A stretch of 59,364 nucleotides of DNA from Candidatus Peribacteraceae bacterium (GTDB taxonomy: Bacteria; Patescibacteriota; Gracilibacteria; Peribacterales; Peribacteraceae), in NCBI GenBank assembly GCA_028707875.1, contig JAQWAC010000003.1, positions 1 to 59,364 of the forward strand, written 5' to 3'. Below the pieces are notes generated by a model. It did no database searches. It had not been told where the DNA came from and saw nothing but the letters and a program-made list of their open reading frames with translations. This document shows, piece by piece, positions 17,649-25,408 of the stretch; within the stretch, counting starts at the first letter, position 1; the number at the start of each line of letters is the position of its first letter. Made by a program: the position numbers and the translations under genes.

Positions 17649-18023
17649 ATGACCGTCATTCTCGCTCTTGATATCGGGAAACGCAGAACCGGTGTCGCTT
17701 TTTATGATTCCGCAACCGCCGTTCCCCTCCCGCTCGATACGATCGCACATCACTCGACGGAGGAACTGCTGATGCACGTCGCCGTGCTCTGCAAGGAACG
17801 TAAAATTGACCGAATCATTGTTGGCCTTCCTCTTCTTCTCTCCGGCATGGAAGGCGAACAATCCTCATTTGTCCGCTCCGTTTCGGAAGGTCTTGAGGCA
17901 CTGGCACCCGTCACTTTCCTGGACGAGCGGTACTCCACACCCCGAGACAGAGACTCCGATCCGGATGCGGCGGCGGCGTGCGGAATCCTGACAACTTTTG
18001 TTGACCGTAAGGAAATGGAGTAG
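17649..18023 (+). CDS. ruvX: YqgF/RuvX-family putative pre-16S rRNA nuclease / Holliday junction resolvase
   Basis: ILALDIGKRRTGVA ... RIIVGLPL signature, 124 aa. Confidence 0.85.
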   Translation: MTVILALDIGKRRTGVAFYDSATAVPLPLDTIAHHSTEELLMHVAVLCKERKIDRIIVGLPLLLSGMEGEQSSFVRSVSEGLEALAPVTFLDERYSTPRDRDSDPDAAAACGILTTFVDRKEME

Positions 18024-18143
18024 GGACTTTTTCTCCTCGGGAGAGAGATCGATATTTGGAATGGCTTCAAACTACTGATTAGACCGCTAATTCGGGACAT
18101 TCTTTTGATGTTTCATGAATCAGTGAAGGCGTAGGGATTATAT

Positions 18144-18171
18144 TTGACAATCTCATAAATATGACTAAAAT
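18144..18171 (+). promoter_or_regulatory. Strong promoter TTGACA-16-TAAAAT, about 240 nt upstream of the next start codon
   Basis: Read directly in an AT-rich spacer. Confidence 0.55.
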
Positions 18172-18413
18172 ATCATCCTTTACCTGTTCATTGGACATCG
18201 CCGTTTTACCCACGATTCCGGTGGATGCACATCCGTACCGGGATGACGACCTCATGGATCACCGCTCCAACTGCAAGTGATCCCCGTGCTGAGTAAAGTT
18301 AACGGAAGGAGAGTGAGCAATAACTCGTGTGAGTCGTCTACCCAAACCCTTGATGCATCTTTTGTCTCTGTCAATGTTATGGTAAAACGAGGGATGTTCT
18401 TTACCCCCGCCCT

Positions 18414-19523
18414 ATGGCCGCCCCCGCACCCACTTCTTCCTCCGCTCAGCAGCAGACGACTGCAGCACCTCAGATCTCTGTGAATTTGCAGGAGTTACTC
18501 GACAATCTCTTCCTCGTCCTCACGGACAAGGAGGCCATGGTCGTGAAGAAGCGTTTTGCGCTTCAGGGCAACCAGAAGCAGACACTTGAGAAGATCGGGA
18601 AGCACTTCAATGTGACGCGTGAGCGCATTCGCCAGATTGAGAGCATCGCTCTCAGTAAATTGAAGAGGACGGTCAGGACCACGAAGCTCGATGAGGTGAA
18701 CTCCATTGCGAAGAGCCTGCTTCGCGTGAACGGCGGACTCATGCGCGAGGATGACATCATTTCCCTCTCCCTCCGCCGCATTCAGGGCAGTTCCGCAGTG
18801 GATGGTTCGGTCCTTCGACTCTCCTTCTCCATCGACAACGAATTGGCTCTTGGTTCCCGCAGTAACACGTTTGTGCCGTTCTGGCGTCTCGATTCCCTCG
18901 CGATGGAGGACATTCTCCTCATCGTGAACAGCACGGTGAAGATCCTGAAGAAGCGGAAGTCCTGCATGCAGGTGGATGAACTCGTTTCCTCCGTCCAGTC
19001 CATGAACCTCTTTGACGGACGCATTCCAAGCAGAGAGCTCATTATGAGTTGCCTGAAAATCGACGAGCGCCTGAAGGAGATTGCGGAAGGCTGGGGACTC
19101 ACCGAGTGGAGATTCGTCCGACCTCGTTCCATCCGCGACAAAGTGGAAATCATTCTGAAGAAGTCCGGCGAGCCGCTCCACTTCATGGAGATCGCCAACC
19201 GCATCCGCGAATCACACTTCGACCATAAGAACGTCACGGTGCAGGCCGTCCACAACGAACTCATCCGCTATCCGCAGTTCGTCCTCGTGGGACGCGGTCT
19301 GTACGCCCTCCGCGAGTGGGGCTACGAGCCGGGAACGGTGGCCGACGTGATCGAGCGGATCCTCAAGGAGAAGGGCGCCCTCAGCAAGAAAGAAATCATT
19401 GCCGAAGTCGGGAAGCAGCGCACCGTAAAGGTGGGCACGATTTCCCTCAATCTCCAGAAGATGCCGTACTTCACCCGCGTGGGACGTGCGGTCTATGCCT
19501 TCGACGAGAGCAAGAAGATCTGA
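18414..19523 (+). CDS. Sigma-70 region-4 domain protein with two C-terminal HARE-HTH-like domains
   Basis: LTDKEAMVVKKRFAL...TLEKIGKHFNVTRERIRQIESIALSKLKR (region 4). GEPLHFMEIANRI...FVLVGRGLYALREWG and GALSKKEIIAEV...FTRVGRAVYAF (HARE-HTH like). Confidence 0.8.
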   Translation: MAAPAPTSSSAQQQTTAAPQISVNLQELLDNLFLVLTDKEAMVVKKRFALQGNQKQTLEKIGKHFNVTRERIRQIESIALSKLKRTVRTTKLDEVNSIAKSLLRVNGGLMREDDIISLSLRRIQGSSAVDGSVLRLSFSIDNELALGSRSNTFVPFWRLDSLAMEDILLIVNSTVKILKKRKSCMQVDELVSSVQSMNLFDGRIPSRELIMSCLKIDERLKEIAEGWGLTEWRFVRPRSIRDKVEIILKKSGEPLHFMEIANRIRESHFDHKNVTVQAVHNELIRYPQFVLVGRGLYALREWGYEPGTVADVIERILKEKGALSKKEIIAEVGKQRTVKVGTISLNLQKMPYFTRVGRAVYAFDESKKI

Positions 19524-19545
19524 TTTCTCCCACATACTGATATCG

Positions 19546-19570
19546 AAGAGACCCTCCCGGGTCTCTTTTT
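19546..19570 (+). terminator. Rho-independent terminator (GAGACCC-tccc-GGGTCTC + TTTTT)
   Basis: Read directly, 23 nt after the TGA at 19521-19523. Confidence 0.8.
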
Positions 19571-19572
19571 AA

Positions 19573-19666
19573 CGTGGAAGGGCCACCTACGGTGTCCCTC
19601 CCACGAGCCCACCCTTCCCTTTAGTGGTGGCGCTCCAGCACGGGAAACCCGCGCTTCGCGCATTGG
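19573..19666 (+). repeat. Structured repeat R2, copy 2
   Basis: Same 5' half as copy 1. The 3' hairpin arms are AGCACGGG/CCCGCGCT. Confidence 0.75.
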
Positions 19667-19686
19667 TTACGATTTGGTAAGGGTTT

Positions 19687-19913
19687 CCCATCCACCCACC
19701 GCCTGTCTTTCCGAAGCTCCATAGGAGCGAAGGAAGGTGGTAGCGGAGCCCATCACTTTGAGAAATTTAAACAAAAACAACCAACAAAATCTCCGTGCTT
19801 GGCCGTCAGGAGGGTACGGGGGCGTTGGGGGCATAGGGAACCGGACAAGGTTCCCTGGCCCCCAAAAGAAAAAGAAAGACAATTTGATCACGTCATCCTA
19901 CGGACGTTTGATC
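19687..19913 (+). repeat. Structured repeat R1, copy B (plus orientation)
   Basis: Matches the reverse complement of 6977-7160. Contains the long hairpin GTTGGGGGCATAGGGAACC-ggacaa-GGTTCCCTGGCCCCCAA and a terminal hairpin GATCACGTC...GACGTTTGATC. Confidence 0.7.
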
Positions 19914-19983
19914 TTCCTTCACGGCGATTTGCCGAGGCAGGCCGCACAGCACCAACGCCCACTCTACCTCCCGATCTAAACAC

Positions 19984-20012
19984 TTGGCATCTCCCCTCTC
20001 TGCGCACACAAT
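19984..20012 (+). promoter_or_regulatory. Promoter TTGGCA-17-CACAAT, with the -10 ending 6 nt before ATG 20019
   Basis: Read directly. Confidence 0.4.
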
Positions 20013-20018
20013 AGAGAC

Positions 20019-20852
20019 ATGAAAGCGACCCGATTCCTTGCCTTCTCCCTTGTTCCCCTCTGTGTTTTCCTCGCTTCCTGCGGAGAGGAGCCTCCCGCCC
20101 CTCCTCCACTCCCCCAAGGCGAGCAGACCGTGAAGGGCCTTCTCCTTCCCACGGAAATCTCACTTCTCAGACGCGGAACGCATGTGTTGAAGAAGGACGG
20201 GAAAGAGTTCTGTCTCGTGGAGAGTCAGACCGTGAACCTGCGCTCGTTCGAAAACAATGAGGTGGAAATGAAAGGGACATTCGAATACAACAGCGATCCC
20301 CAGCTCCTCCCCGTGCTCGTCGTCCGGGAGATGAAACTCACCGAGCAGGATACGAAAGACGTTTCACTCCCCTCACTCGGATTCTCCTGCCGGACACCGA
20401 CTGCATGGACCAAAGAGGAGGTGAGCGGAAGTACTCGATTCATCATGACCGGAAATCCTGAACCCATCGTCTCCGTGCAGAAAAAGAAGGGGGCATCTCT
20501 TCCGACGGGAGCTCCGTTCCTGATTGACGGAAATCATGCCGTACGAACGGTCGATGCAACGACCAAAGCTGAATCCGTTTCGCTGATCAATGGCGATGAT
20601 CTCATCACTTTCGCCTTCACTCCGGGCCCCGAGCCTTCGGATGAACTCAAGGCCCAGTGGTCCAGCTTCCTTGATTCCATACACTTTTCTTCCGTCGACG
20701 GATCGAGCAGCTCCGCCTCCGACACCGGCAGTTCCGAGAACGATGAAGGCGCTCCCTGCGGCGGAGCCGCGGGGATTCTGTGTCCCTCCGGACAGTACTG
20801 TGCCATCACGGATGTGAAGGAAAATATCGGGAAGTGCAGGAGTGTGAAGTGA
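20019..20852 (+). CDS. Lipoprotein of unknown function
   Basis: Signal peptide with lipobox (VFLASC). 277 aa. Its N-terminal domain is paralogous to the lipoprotein at 58716. Confidence 0.8.
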   Translation: MKATRFLAFSLVPLCVFLASCGEEPPAPPPLPQGEQTVKGLLLPTEISLLRRGTHVLKKDGKEFCLVESQTVNLRSFENNEVEMKGTFEYNSDPQLLPVLVVREMKLTEQDTKDVSLPSLGFSCRTPTAWTKEEVSGSTRFIMTGNPEPIVSVQKKKGASLPTGAPFLIDGNHAVRTVDATTKAESVSLINGDDLITFAFTPGPEPSDELKAQWSSFLDSIHFSSVDGSSSSASDTGSSENDEGAPCGGAAGILCPSGQYCAITDVKENIGKCRSVK

Positions 20853-20860
20853 TTCCTTAT

Positions 20861-20878
20861 GGTGTACGTTAATACACC
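20861..20878. promoter_or_regulatory. Perfect dyad GGTGTAcgttaaTACACC (distal recA operator candidate)
   Basis: Read directly. Confidence 0.5.
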
Positions 20879-20912
20879 GCCATCAAGGTGTACGTCCTGC
20901 AACCGCAAATTT

Positions 20913-20941
20913 TTGACCGTAGAGGCAAGTGGAAATACTGT
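20913..20941 (+). promoter_or_regulatory. recA promoter candidate TTGACC-17-TACTGT
   Basis: Read directly. Abutted by the proximal dyad. Confidence 0.4.
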
Positions 20942-20959
20942 GGTGTACACATTTACACC
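20942..20959. promoter_or_regulatory. Perfect dyad GGTGTAcacattTACACC (proximal recA operator candidate)
   Basis: Read directly. It starts immediately after the predicted -10. Confidence 0.5.
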
Positions 20960-20986
20960 TTTTCCATCTCCTTTCCATTCCATACC

Positions 20987-22054
20987 ATGACGAAAGTCGC
21001 TTCCCCCAAAGACACGATGCAACCCACGAAAGAGTCCGCGCCTCACAAAGCTTCCCCAGCCAACACCAAGGAAGAGGCACTCAAGTCCGCCCTCGCGCAG
21101 ATCGAGAAGCAATATGGTGCCGGTGCGGTGATGCGCATGGGTGAGGAGCACGCCGTGAAAATCGAATGCATTCCATCGGGATCCCTCTCGCTCGATATCG
21201 CCCTTGGCGGCGGCATCCCGAAGGGCCGCATCATTGAGATCTTCGGTCCGGAATCCTCCGGCAAAACGACGCTGGCCCTCCATGTCATTTCAGAGGCGCA
21301 GAAGCGCGGCGGCAAAGCCGCCTTCATCGATGCGGAACATGCCCTTGACGTCTTCTACGCGAAGAAAATCGGCGTGGATATCGACAATCTCCTTGTCTCC
21401 CAGCCGGATGATGGCGAGCAGGCGCTGGAAATCACGGAGACGCTCGTTCGCTCGGGCAGCATCGATATCATTGTCATCGATTCCGTGGCCGCTCTCACCC
21501 CACGCGCGGAAATCGAGGGCATGATGGGCGACAGCCACATGGGACTGCAGGCACGGCTGATGAGCCAAGCACTGCGCAAACTCACGTCCATCGTGTGCAA
21601 AACGAGCTGTTCGGTCATCTTCATCAACCAGATGCGCATGAAGATCGGCGTCATGTTTGGCAATCCGGAGACGACAACCGGCGGCAACGCCCTCAAGTTC
21701 TACGCATCCATACGCATCGATGTCCGCCGCATAGACAAGATCCTGGAGAAGGGCGAAGGCGAACAGGAAATTGTGGGGAACCGCACGCGTGCCAAGATCG
21801 TGAAGAACAAGATCGCACCGCCCTTCAGGCAGGCGGAATTCGACATTCTCTACGCTCGCGGCATCAACAAAGAGGGAGATATTCTCGACCTCGGAGTGAA
21901 AAACGGCCTTATCGAGAAATCCGGCACGCACTACCGCTACGGTGAAGAGGCGATGGGTCAGGGGCGTGATCAGGCACGACAATTCCTCATGAAGAATCCC
22001 AAACTTACGGACAAGCTGGAGAAGGAAATCAGGAAAATCACGGAGATCATTTAA
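20987..22054 (+). CDS. recA: Recombinase A
   Basis: [19 protein letters not shown], Walker [10 protein letters not shown] and a typical RecA core. Start at ATG 20987, not the track start 20888. Confidence 0.95.
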   Translation: MTKVASPKDTMQPTKESAPHKASPANTKEEALKSALAQIEKQYGAGAVMRMGEEHAVKIECIPSGSLSLDIALGGGIPKGRIIEIFGPESSGKTTLALHVISEAQKRGGKAAFIDAEHALDVFYAKKIGVDIDNLLVSQPDDGEQALEITETLVRSGSIDIIVIDSVAALTPRAEIEGMMGDSHMGLQARLMSQALRKLTSIVCKTSCSVIFINQMRMKIGVMFGNPETTTGGNALKFYASIRIDVRRIDKILEKGEGEQEIVGNRTRAKIVKNKIAPPFRQAEFDILYARGINKEGDILDLGVKNGLIEKSGTHYRYGEEAMGQGRDQARQFLMKNPKLTDKLEKEIRKITEII

Positions 22055-22066
22055 TTGAATATTCTT

Positions 22067-22098
22067 CTACAGCTGGGGTTCATGAACCCCAGCTGTAG
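22067..22098 (+). terminator. Perfect 14-bp hairpin (CTACAGCTGGGGTT-catg-AACCCCAGCTGTAG) after recA
   Basis: Read directly. Only TT follows. Confidence 0.6.
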
Positions 22099-22144
22099 TT
22101 ATGAATGAATTCGCGAATTCTGACTGTGGTGTAGACTGCATTTA

Positions 22145-22651
22145 ATGCAAGAACTCTATTCTGGTCACGGTTGGCGCATCGTCACTGAAGAGGCATCTCT
22201 TCCGGACGGACGCATCAAGAAAACTGCGCGTGTCTATCGCTGCGACAGCGCACACGTTCTTGCATTCACGAAAGCGGGAAATGTTCTTATGATCCGCGAG
22301 TATCGCCCGTTCTATAAGGCATTCATCTGGATGGTTCCGAGCGGAAAGGTTGATAAAGAAGCAGATCCGCTCACTGCTGCCTCCCGTGAACTGAGAGAGG
22401 AAACCGGTTTCTCAGCAGCAATAATTGAACCGTACTTCACAAGCAGACATTCCGAAGCACAGGAACAGCAGAACCATTTTTTCCAAGCGAATACATTGAA
22501 GCACGATCCTCTCCCTCAGGATGCCACCGAACTGATTGAGGTTCACGAAATGTCAGTCTCCGAGGCCATCGATCGTGTTCTTACGAGTCCGGTCATTCAC
22601 ACGGAAAGTGCCCTTGCCCTCCTCCGCTACGCGCGGGAGCATGGACTGTAA
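22145..22651 (+). CDS. NUDIX hydrolase (ADP-ribose pyrophosphatase-like)
   Basis: Nudix box GKVDKEADPLTAASRELREETGF. TAGACT at 22132-22137 lies 7 nt before the ATG. Confidence 0.85.
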   Translation: MQELYSGHGWRIVTEEASLPDGRIKKTARVYRCDSAHVLAFTKAGNVLMIREYRPFYKAFIWMVPSGKVDKEADPLTAASRELREETGFSAAIIEPYFTSRHSEAQEQQNHFFQANTLKHDPLPQDATELIEVHEMSVSEAIDRVLTSPVIHTESALALLRYAREHGL

Positions 22652-22760
22652 ATTCTGTCACCAATGTATCCGGTTGCACGCTCGTCAAGTTTTCCACACA
22701 CTCTCCACATTTTCCCCGCGCAGCAGCGCATGAGTCCGATGCCCCTTCAAGTCGTATTGG

Positions 22761-22788
22761 TTGCCGTACGGTTTCCGTCACCTACAAT
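22761..22788 (+). promoter_or_regulatory. dnaB promoter TTGCCG-16-TACAAT, with the -10 ending 9 nt before the ATG
   Basis: Read directly. Confidence 0.5.
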
Positions 22789-22797
22789 GCGACTCCC

Positions 22798-24156
22798 ATG
22801 ATTCCTCCGTCCCATCCCGTTATCGAGACGCAACCGCATTCCGTCGAGGCGGAACGCACAGTCTTGGGCGCCCTTCTCGTGGATCCGGAAGCGATCATCA
22901 AGGTGAGCGATTTTCTGAGCCCTCTGGACTTCTACGATCCGACGCTGCGGGAAATCTATCAGGCGATTCATGAGCTCTACATGAGTCATGAGCCGATTGA
23001 TTTTGTGACGGTTTCGACGAAGCTTTCAGGGAACGAAAATGTTCAGAAAGCGGGTGGGAGCTCATTTCTTGCGGAATTGGGTTCCGAAGTCCCCACTTCC
23101 TCCCACGTGTACCAATACGGACAGATCGTGAAGACGAAGGCCGTGCACCGCCGCATCATCGGAGCCGGACAGAAAATCACCGGATTGGGATTCGACGAGG
23201 AAAAAAGTGTGCCGGAACTGCTCGATACCGTGGAAAAGACCGTGTTCGAAATCTCAAACATGTTCATGAAGGACAAGTTCGTTCATATACGCGACATTCT
23301 CTCGACACGTTACGAGCGCTTCGCGGAGATGCACGAATCCGGCGAAGACGATTCCGTCAAAGGCGTTTCGACGGGATTCAAGTCCCTCGACATGAAGCTC
23401 TCCGGTCTGCAGCCCTCCGACCTGATCGTCATTGCAGCCCGCCCGAGCATGGGAAAGACCTCTCTTGCTCTCAATATCGCACAAAACGCAGCGATCCGTT
23501 CGGGCAAGAATGTGGGGGTCTTCTCGCTCGAAATGAGCAAAGAGCAATTGGTGGACCGTCTGTTCGCCTCCATGCTCGGGGTCGATTCCTGGAAGCTCCA
23601 GCGTGGCAAGCTGGATGATTCGGACTTCCAGAACATGGGGCCGATCATGGACGAACTCAACAAAGCGAACATCTTCATAGATGACTCTGTCGCCTCCACC
23701 ATTCCCGAGCTCAGAGCCAAGGCGCGTCGCCTTCAGATGGAACACGGTCTCGATCTTCTGATCATCGACTACCTCCAGCTCATGAGCACGGGTAACGTCG
23801 GCTACGCGGGTAATCGCGTGCAGGAAATATCGGAAATCTCCCGAACATTGAAGCAACTTGGTCGTGAGCTGCACGTTCCGGTCGTAGCGCTCTCGCAGCT
23901 CTCCCGCGCGGTGGAAACCCGTCCGGGCAACATCCCGCAGCTCTCCGATCTCCGCGATTCCGGCTCCATCGAACAGGATGCGGACGTGGTGCTCATGATG
24001 TACCGCGAGGACTACTACGAAGAGGACAGCGATCGCCCCGGCGTCACGGACATCTATATCCGCAAGCACCGCAATGGCCCCATCGGACGCGTGGAACTGC
24101 TCTTCAAGAAGGAGCAAATGCGTTTCTACGACATCGACAAGGTGCATTCGGCATAA
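22798..24156 (+). CDS. dnaB: Replicative DNA helicase
   Basis: PHSVEAERTVLGALL N-terminal domain, Walker A ARPSMGKTS and a RecA-like C-terminal domain, 452 aa. Confidence 0.95.
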   Translation: MIPPSHPVIETQPHSVEAERTVLGALLVDPEAIIKVSDFLSPLDFYDPTLREIYQAIHELYMSHEPIDFVTVSTKLSGNENVQKAGGSSFLAELGSEVPTSSHVYQYGQIVKTKAVHRRIIGAGQKITGLGFDEEKSVPELLDTVEKTVFEISNMFMKDKFVHIRDILSTRYERFAEMHESGEDDSVKGVSTGFKSLDMKLSGLQPSDLIVIAARPSMGKTSLALNIAQNAAIRSGKNVGVFSLEMSKEQLVDRLFASMLGVDSWKLQRGKLDDSDFQNMGPIMDELNKANIFIDDSVASTIPELRAKARRLQMEHGLDLLIIDYLQLMSTGNVGYAGNRVQEISEISRTLKQLGRELHVPVVALSQLSRAVETRPGNIPQLSDLRDSGSIEQDADVVLMMYREDYYEEDSDRPGVTDIYIRKHRNGPIGRVELLFKKEQMRFYDIDKVHSA

Positions 24157-24254
24157 GGGCGAAGGAAATAGAGGAAGCAGAAGAAACAGACGGATTCTTC
24201 GCGAAGTCCTTTATTCCCTCTTTCCCCTTTGTTTCTTCTGTTTCCTTCGCTCCC
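24157..24254. repeat. Long imperfect palindrome after dnaB
   Basis: GGGCGAAGGAAA...CAGAAGAAACA (24157-24188) pairs with TGTTTCTTCTG-TTTCCTTCGCTCCC (24230-24254). The central self-complementary CTTCGCGAAG is at 24197-24206. Confidence 0.5.
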
Positions 24255-24258
24255 AAGT

Positions 24259-24287
24259 TTGTAATCCACACCTCCTGACGCTACTCT
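24259..24287 (+). promoter_or_regulatory. mraY promoter TTGTAA-17-TACTCT, with the -10 ending 7 nt before the ATG
   Basis: Read directly. Confidence 0.45.
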
Positions 24288-24294
24288 GAACTTC

Positions 24295-25353
24295 ATGCAG
24301 GACTTCATCCCCGTCCGTCCGGACATTCCTCTTTTTTCAATACTCTTTTACGCGCTCATCGCGTTTGTCATCGGCATCAGTCTGACGCCGTGGTACGTGA
24401 GATTTCTGCACAAGCATCGGATTGGCAAACAGCTGAGACTGGAAACCGTCGACGGCAAGGAGGCGACCGTCTTCACCACGTATCACAAGCACAAGGGTGG
24501 CACACCCACGATGGGTGGCGTCCTCATTTGGGGATCCATCTTTCTCACCATCGGCCTCTCGCGCGTGCTCTCGTATTTCGGCCTCGTGGAGCGATCGCTT
24601 CTGCAACGCGGACAAGTCTACCTCCCGCTCTTCATGCTTCTCTCATTCGGTCTCCTCGGCGCGTTGGATGATTACCTTAACGCCTGTTGCCTCAATAAAA
24701 AGCGCGGACTCGACTGGCTGCCCAAACTTCTCACTCTTCTGCTGCTTTCGGCAGCCGGTGCGTTCTGGTTCTACTTCAAGCTCGGGTACGATTCCATTCA
24801 TGTGCCATTTGCCGGTCCAGTGATGCTCGGATGGTGGTACATCCCCGTCTTCATCTTCATCATTGTCGGCACCGCCAATGCCGTGAACGTGACGGACGGT
24901 CTCGACGGTCTTGCAGGAGGACTCCTTACCATCGCTTTCGCCGCGTTCGGTGTGCTTGCCTACATGAAGGGACTCACGGTTCTCGCCGCTTTTTGCGGGG
25001 TCACGGTGGGCGCCATCGCGGCATTCCTCTGGCACAATGTTCCTCCGGCGCTCTTCATCATGGGAGATACGGGTGCGCTCGCCCTCGGCGGTGTGCTCGG
25101 CGTCATCGCCCTGATGATCGATCAGGTGCTGGTCCTTCCGCTTATCGGCTTCGTCTTTGTCGTTGAAATGCTCTCAGTGATCATCCAGCTCACGAGTAAG
25201 AAGTTCCGCCATGGCAAAAAAGTCTTCCGCGCCGCCCCTCTGCACCATCACTTCGAAGCGCTGGAATGGGGCGAGAGCAAGGTGACGATGCGCCTCTGGA
25301 TCATCGGGTGCTTCTTCGCATTTCTTGGAATCATCGTCGGCATGTTCGGCTGA
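24295..25353 (+). CDS. mraY: Phospho-N-acetylmuramoyl-pentapeptide transferase
   Basis: NAVNVTDGLDGLAGG, HHHFE and 10 TM-type hydrophobic segments. Confidence 0.95.
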   Translation: MQDFIPVRPDIPLFSILFYALIAFVIGISLTPWYVRFLHKHRIGKQLRLETVDGKEATVFTTYHKHKGGTPTMGGVLIWGSIFLTIGLSRVLSYFGLVERSLLQRGQVYLPLFMLLSFGLLGALDDYLNACCLNKKRGLDWLPKLLTLLLLSAAGAFWFYFKLGYDSIHVPFAGPVMLGWWYIPVFIFIIVGTANAVNVTDGLDGLAGGLLTIAFAAFGVLAYMKGLTVLAAFCGVTVGAIAAFLWHNVPPALFIMGDTGALALGGVLGVIALMIDQVLVLPLIGFVFVVEMLSVIIQLTSKKFRHGKKVFRAAPLHHHFEALEWGESKVTMRLWIIGCFFAFLGIIVGMFG

Positions 25354-25374
25354 TACTCACCGCAAACGCCTCTC

Positions 25375-25402
25375 TTGCCAATGGTAAATTAATGGGTATC
25401 AT
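25375..25402 (+). promoter_or_regulatory. Promoter TTGCCA-16-TATCAT, with the -10 ending 6 nt before ATG 25409
   Basis: Read directly. Confidence 0.45.
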
Positions 25403-25408
25403 CATTCC

